A stretch of DNA of 64,000 nt from Eledone cirrhosa (lineage: Eukaryota): contig OZ024743.1 of assembly GCA_964016885.1 (NCBI GenBank), positions 86,242,001-86,306,000 of the forward strand, in the 5' to 3' direction. The number at the start of each line of letters is the position of its first letter. The stretch's first letter is position 1. Below are positions 57,301-64,000 of this stretch, piece after piece. The translations under genes and the position numbers were made by a program. Under the pieces are notes generated by a model. That model was not told the origin of the DNA. It worked only from the letters and a program-made list of their open reading frames with translations, and did no database searches.

Positions 57301-60300
57301 CAACAACTGAGTTAGATACCTCAACAATAACTGAGTTAGACACCTCAACAACAACAACTGAGTTAGACACCTCAACAACAACAACTGAGTTAGAGAGCTC
57401 AACAACAACAACAACTGAGTTAGACAGCTCAACAACAACTGAGTTAGACAGCTCAACAACAACAACTGAGTTAGACACAAAAACAACAACAACAACTGAG
57501 TTAGACACCTCAACAACAACAACTGAGTTAGACACCTCAACAACAACAACTGAGTTAGACACCTCAACAACAACAACTGAGTTAGACACAAAAACAACAA
57601 CAACAACTGAAGTAGACACCTCAACAACAACAACTGAGGTAGACACCTCAACAACAACAACAACTGAGTTAGACACCTCAACAACAACAACTGAGTTAGA
57701 CACCTCAACAACAACAACAACTGAGTTAGACACCTCAACAACAACAACTGAGTTAGACACCTCAACAACAACAACAACTGAGGTAGACACCTCAACAACA
57801 ACAACTGAGTTAGACACCTCAACAACAACAACTGAGTTAGACACCTCAACAACAACAACTGAGTTAGACACCTCAACAACAACAACAACTGAGGTAGACA
57901 CCTCAACAACAACAACAACTGAGTTAGACACCTCAACAACAACAACTGAGTTAGACACCTCAACAACAACAACTGAGTTAGACACCTCAACAACAACAAC
58001 AACTGAGGTAGACACCTCAACAACAACAACTGAGGTAGACACCTCAACAACAACAACAACTGAGTTAGACACCTCAACAACAACAACTGAGTTAGACACC
58101 TCAACAACAACAACTGAGTTAGACACCTCAACAACAACAACAACTGAGTTAGACACCTCAACAACAACAACTGAGTTAGACACCTCAACAACAACAACTG
58201 AGTTAGACACCTCAACAACAACAACTGAGTTAGACACCTCAACAACAACAACAACTGAGGTAGACACCTCAACAACAACAACTGAGGTAGACACCTCAAC
58301 AACAACAACAACTGAGTTAGACACCTCAACAACAACAACTGAGTTAGACACCTCAACAACAACAACTGAGTTAGACACCTCAACAACAACAACTGAGTTA
58401 GACACCTCAACAACAACAACAACTGAGGTAGACACCTCAACAACAACAACTGAGGTAGACACCTCAACAACAACAACAACTGAGTTAGACACCTCAACAA
58501 CAACAACTGAGTTAGACACAAAAACAACAACAACAACTGAGGTAGACACCTCAACAACAACAACTGAGGTAGACACCTCAACAACAACAACTGAGGTAGT
58601 CACCTCAACAACAACAACTGAGTTAGACACCTCAACAACAACAACTGAGTTAGACACCTCAACAACAACAACAACTGAGGTAGACACCTCAACAACAACA
58701 ACTGAGGTAGACACCTCAACAACAACAACAACTGAGTTAGACACCTCAACAACAACAACTGAGGTAGACACAAAAACAACAACAACAACTGAGGTAGACA
58801 CCTCAACAACAAAAACTGAGGTAGACACCTCAACAACAACAACTGAGTTAGACACCTCAACAACAACAACAACTGAGGTAGACACCTCAACAACAACAAC
58901 TGAGGTAGACACCTCAACAACAACAACTGAGTTAGACACCTCAACAACAACAACACTGAGGTAGACACCTCAACAACAACAACTGAGTTAGACACCTCAA
59001 CAACAACAACTGAGTTAGACACCTCAACAACAACAACAACTGAGGTAGACACCTCAACAACAACAACTGAGGTAGACACCTCAACAACAACAACAACTGA
59101 GTTAGACACCTCAACAACAACAACTGAGTTAGACACAAAAACAACAACAACAACTGAGTTAGACACAAGAACAACAACAACAACTGAGGTAGACACCTCA
59201 ACAACAACAACTGAGGTAGACACCTCAACAACAACAACTGAGTTAGACACCTCAACAACAACAACTGAGTTAGACACCTCAACAACAACAACTGAGTTAG
59301 ACACCTCAACAACAACAACAACTGAGGTAGACACCTCAACAACAACAACTGAGGTAGACACCTCAACAACAACAACAACTGAGTTAGACACCTCAACAAC
59401 AACAACTGAGTTAGACACCTCAACAACAACAACTGAGTTAGACACCTCAACAACAACAACTGAGTTAGACACCTCAACAACAACAACAACTGAGGTAGAC
59501 ACCTCAACAACAACAACTGAGGTAGACACCTCAACAACAACAACAACTGAGTTAGACACAAAAACAACAACAACAACTGAGGTAGACACCTCAACAACAA
59601 CAACTGAGGTAGACACCTCAACAACAACAACTGAGGTAGACACCTCAACAACAACAACTGAGGTAGACACCTCAACAACAACAACTGAGTTAGACACCTC
59701 AACAACAACAACAGAGATAGACACCCCAACAACAACAACAGAGATAGACACCCCAACAACAACAACAACTGAGTTAGACACAAAAACAACAACAACAACT
59801 GAGGTAGACACCTCAACAACAACAACTGAGGTAGACACCTCAACAACAACAACTGAGTTAGACACCTCAACAACAACAACTGAGTTAGACACCTCAACAA
59901 CAACAACAGAGATAGACACCCCAACAACAACAACAACTGAGTTAGACACAAAAACAACAACAACAACTGAGTTAGACACCTCAACAACAACAACAGAGAT
60001 AGACACCCCAACAACAACAACTGAGTTAGGCTCCTCAACAACAACAACAACTGAGTTACACACCTCAACAACAACAACTGAGTTAGACACCCCAACAACA
60101 ACAACAACAACTGAGTTAGACACCTCAACAACAACAACTGAGTTAGATACCTCAACAATAACTGAGTTAGACACCTCAACAACAACAACTGAGTTAGACA
60201 CCTCAACAACAACTGAGTTAGAGAGCTCAACAACAACAACAACTGAGTTAGACAGCTCAACAACAACTGAGTTAGACAGCTCAACAACAACAACTGAGTT

Positions 60301-60595
60301 AGACACAAAAACAACAACAACAACTGAGTTAGACACCTCAACAACAACAACTGAGTTAGACACCTCAACAACAACAACTGAGTTAGACAGCTCAACAACA
60401 ACAACTGAGTTAGACACAAAAACAACAACAACAACTGAGTTAGACACCTCAACAACAACAACTGAGTGAGACACAAAAACAACAACAACTGAGTTAGACA
60501 CAAAAACAACAACAACTGAGTTAGACACAAAAACAACAACAACTGAGTTAGACACCTCAACAACAACAACAACTGAGTTAGACAGCTCAACAACT
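54363..60595 (+). repeat. Minisatellite ACTGAG(T/G)TAGACACCTCA(ACA)n, 24-36-bp units, with higher-order blocks; + frame reads TE(L/V)DTSTTT(T)
   Basis: Directly visible; roughly 220 units (6.2 kb divided by ~28 bp). Confidence 0.97.
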
Positions 60596-61426
60596 ACAAC
60601 CACCACCACCACAACCACCACAACCACCACCCACAACCACCACAACCACCGCCACCATCACAAGCCCCACCACCACCACCACAACCACCACCACCTCAAC
60701 CACCACCACCACCACCACCACCAGCACAACCACAATCACAATCACTACCACCACCACAACCACCACCACCACCACCACCACCACAACCACCACCACAACC
60801 ACCACCACCACAACCACCACCACCACCACAACCACCACCACCACCACCACCACCACCACCACCACCACCACCACCACCACCACCACAACCACAACCGCCA
60901 CCACAACCACGACCACAACCACAACCACCACCACAACCACGACCACAACCACCACCACCACCACCACCACCACCACCACAACCACGACCACAACCACAAC
61001 CACCACCACGACCACCACCACAACCACCACCACAACCACCACCACCACCACAACCACAACCACCACCACAACCACCACCACCACCACCACCACGACCACA
61101 ACCACCACTACCACTACCACCATCACAACCACAACCACCACCACCACCACCACCACCACCACAACCACCACTACCACTACCACCATCACAACCACAACCA
61201 CCACCACAACCACCACCACCACCACCACCACCACCACAACCACGACCACAACCACGACCACAACCACCACCACCACCACCACCACCACCACCACCACCAC
61301 CACCACCACCACTACCACCACCACCACCACCACCACCACGACCACAACCACCACCACCACAACCACCACCACCACCACAACCACCACCACCACCACCACG
61401 ACCACCACAACCACAACCGCCACCAC
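60596..61426 (+). repeat. (ACC/ACA/ACG)n trinucleotide tract (poly-Thr frame)
   Basis: Directly visible. Confidence 0.95.
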
Positions 61427-61459
61427 GCTTCTATTCGCGATCGTATTATTTCGGTCATT

Positions 61460-63525
61460 ACCTAAGATTCATGACCATAGGTAAGGGTTGGCACGAAAAC
61501 CGAATTGAAGATAGTGAGTTTGGCTTTTACACCTACCCCCGTTCTTCTAAATGCTGTACCAGTTCCTACAATTCTTGCACTTAATTCAGCTTCCTGCCTT
61601 ACATCACTCGTGAACACGGCCCCGAGGTACTTAAACTTCTCTACTTGCTTCAATGGAACTCCATTCACATGTAGAGTGCACTGCATCAGCTTCCTTGAGA
61701 GGAAGAGTCTCTCAGTTTTCACAGCACTGATTTTCATTCCAACCATGCAACACTCGACATCAAACCTATCAAGTACAAGTCGAAAATCATCTTCTGTCGA
61801 GTTAAGTAACACCATCTCGTCTGCAATCTCCATCCGACTGATTTTACACCCGCCAATCATGATACCACTTCCAACCCGGCTGCGCATGTTAATCCTGTTC
61901 ATGAAAATAATTAACAGGAGAAGTAACAGTTCGCATCCTTGGCGGAGTCCAACTCCCACATTGAATGGTTTCCATTTAGCACCATTTATCCAAACACAAA
62001 TACTCGGGCATTCGTTTAGAGATATCAGGGCAACAAGAAGCTGACCATCGACCCCATAGTCCTCAGAGCGTTTCACATAATGTCCTGAAGAGCTTGCCAG
62101 ACACTTAGCATAGATTTTACCGAAGAAGCTTAACAAGGAGATCCCTCTGTAATTGGAACAATCACTCTTGTCTCTCTTTTTGAAAATTGGGATTATCACT
62201 CCTGATTGCCATTGCTTAGGTACCTTTCCAGAGATCCAGGCCACTCGACACACACAAGCCAGCAAGAGTATCCTTCTGTATTTAAGGCTTTTAATATCTC
62301 GGGCCGGATTTCATCTTCCCCAGCGGCTTAATCATATTTGTACTCTTTAACTGGTCTTGTGACTTCAGTCTCTAAGATATTAGTCACCGCTCCCAGATGC
62401 ACCTCGTGTACCCGAAGGTGCTGTTGTGATCGGATTTAGGAGATCAGCAAAGTATTCTCTTCACCTCGCGAGGATGCACCTCTCTGAAGAAAGGAGAACT
62501 CCAGACACGTTCTGGATAGCAGGTGTGGAGGAGGGCTTCTTATTACGAAGTCAGCCGATAGTCTGCCAGACCACTTTATTTATTGATCTGAAGCCGGATC
62601 CCTGCTTAATGCCAAAGTTCTCCCATGTCTTAACTTTGAATGCCTTTACTGTCTCTGCTGCGACTTTTCGTGTCTGCTTGTACAGCTTTGTAAGACTCCT
62701 TCATGCCATCCGGCGCCACACCAAACCTCTTTTGCCCGCAGCATTTAACAGCTGAAGCAGAAACTGCTGCGCTGAACAATTACCACTCTGACTAACATCC
62801 TCAGTTTGCTCAGGGAGTTCTCTGAATTTGGATGCAATAGTATCTGCATACCTGGTCCTGACTTCCTTATCCACCAAAACTTCCCACTTTATCCTGTAGG
62901 TCGCTCTGGACCAGCCAGTTTTGTGGGCTTCCTTGAAGTGGCAGATAACTAGATGATGATCAGTTGGCAGCTCAGCCCTTCTCTTAACACGAACATCCAG
63001 CACAGAGTCAAAGTGATCAGATACAATAACAAAATCAATTATTGATCTCTGTCCTTGATTCGCCTTATACCATGTATATTTATGGATGCCTCTGTGCTGC
63101 AAGAAGGTGTTCACAATAGAGAGTCCATTGCCAGGACAGAAGTCTAGTAGGCCCTCTCCATTCGTATTTAGATCGGGGTCGCCATTCCTTCCATAAGCTT
63201 ACACCACCCACAGAGACCTATCTTTCAGCTTAAGCTTCAAGAGGCAAATCCTCCCTATAAACGGGATCCAGTCTGTAACATTTTCTAACAGCGGGGGAGA
63301 GGAGGGGGGGGGGGGTAGTATCTCCACTCCCACCTGTGCAGTCATTTATGACCCCACACCTGAATAGTGGAGTTTCCATCCCCCATACAAATCTATAGTA
63401 TCAGAGCAATGGAACTTTGTTGAGGAAACCCCGACCATATCTAGCTGGTAGCATCTAGCCTCCTACACTAGTTCCAGCTCCTTGCCTGTAAGAGTTGTGA
63501 TGTACTAGGTTCCAACTGTCCAGTA
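61460..63525 (-). mobile_element. RTE-clade LINE fragment
   Basis: SIIDFVIV..TDHHLV; VPKQW...IIPIFKK.D..DCSNYRGISLL; GLRQGC; FKYLG; PTLTYGHES. Confidence 0.9.
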
Positions 63526-63550
63526 GTATAATATACTAGTGGCAGTAGTG

Positions 63551-63551
<1 letters not shown>

Positions 63552-63610
<59 letters not shown>

Positions 63611-64000
63611 TTTTCTTTATTAACCACAAGGGTTTACATAAAGTAGACATTAAGGACAGTACAGGATAATACAGGACGGTACAAATGGGCATTTCTGCGT
63701 GTAAAAAAACAGAGGATGAAATAAAATAACAAAGAAAAATTCCCCAATAGGGGGGAGACTTCCGAGGGACATTTGTGGAGAAAGCCCATTAAAAGGCCAC
63801 AGTGACCCTGACCACCAGGGCAAGTGCCCTCTCCCAGTTTTCCACCTTTAATTTACAGACACATACTCAGAGTAGGCCCATTCACTCGGGCCATTCTTGC
63901 CTCTCTCACCCATCTTTCAACAAAATGCTGGGAAGAGAGCACTTCCCTCTCTACCCTGATTTTCCTTTTCAAATGAAATTTAAAAAAGTCAATCAGAGCA
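63552..64000 (-). mobile_element. L1/Tx1-type LINE 3' end with (TAT)n tail
   Basis: Similar to 48850-49230 in reverse (..atcagggtagagagggaagtg..atgggtg..aagaatggcccgagtgaatgggcc..aataaagaaa). Confidence 0.8.

Noticed and set aside
54363-60595. CRISPR-like repeat/spacer appearance
   Set aside because: The 'spacers' are only (ACA)n, with no unique sequence and no cas genes; eukaryotic context.
54355-60645. 1411-1526-aa minus-strand ORFs (VVVVEVSNS / LLLLRCLTQ)
   Set aside because: Stop-free readings of the minisatellite, with implausible composition.

Overview
Eukaryotic, AT-rich, microsatellite-dense DNA that is almost entirely transposon-derived. The SINE/RTE repertoire and the (TA)n/(CA)n density are most consistent with an octopus-like mollusc (inference). 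No intact host gene is evident. The window holds a decayed autonomous Helitron (RepHel) and non-autonomous Helitrons; RTE, L1-Tx1, CR1-type and CRE-type LINE relics; tRNA-derived SINEs; a mariner relic; and a 6-kb Thr-codon minisatellite. It also holds a dense set of Penelope-like elements (Naiad-, Nematis- and Neptune-type, clade calls tentative), mostly abutting (TA)n. By eye I find about 16 type-I hammerhead ribozyme (HHR) motifs in the PLE 3' repeats. The main signal: in about nine insertions from several unrelated families, the fold-back apex or 5' truncation point falls in the hammerhead core or stem II. This yields ~200-bp non-coding 'hairpin + tail' elements embedded in (TA)n. Coordinates were read manually and may be off by a few bases.
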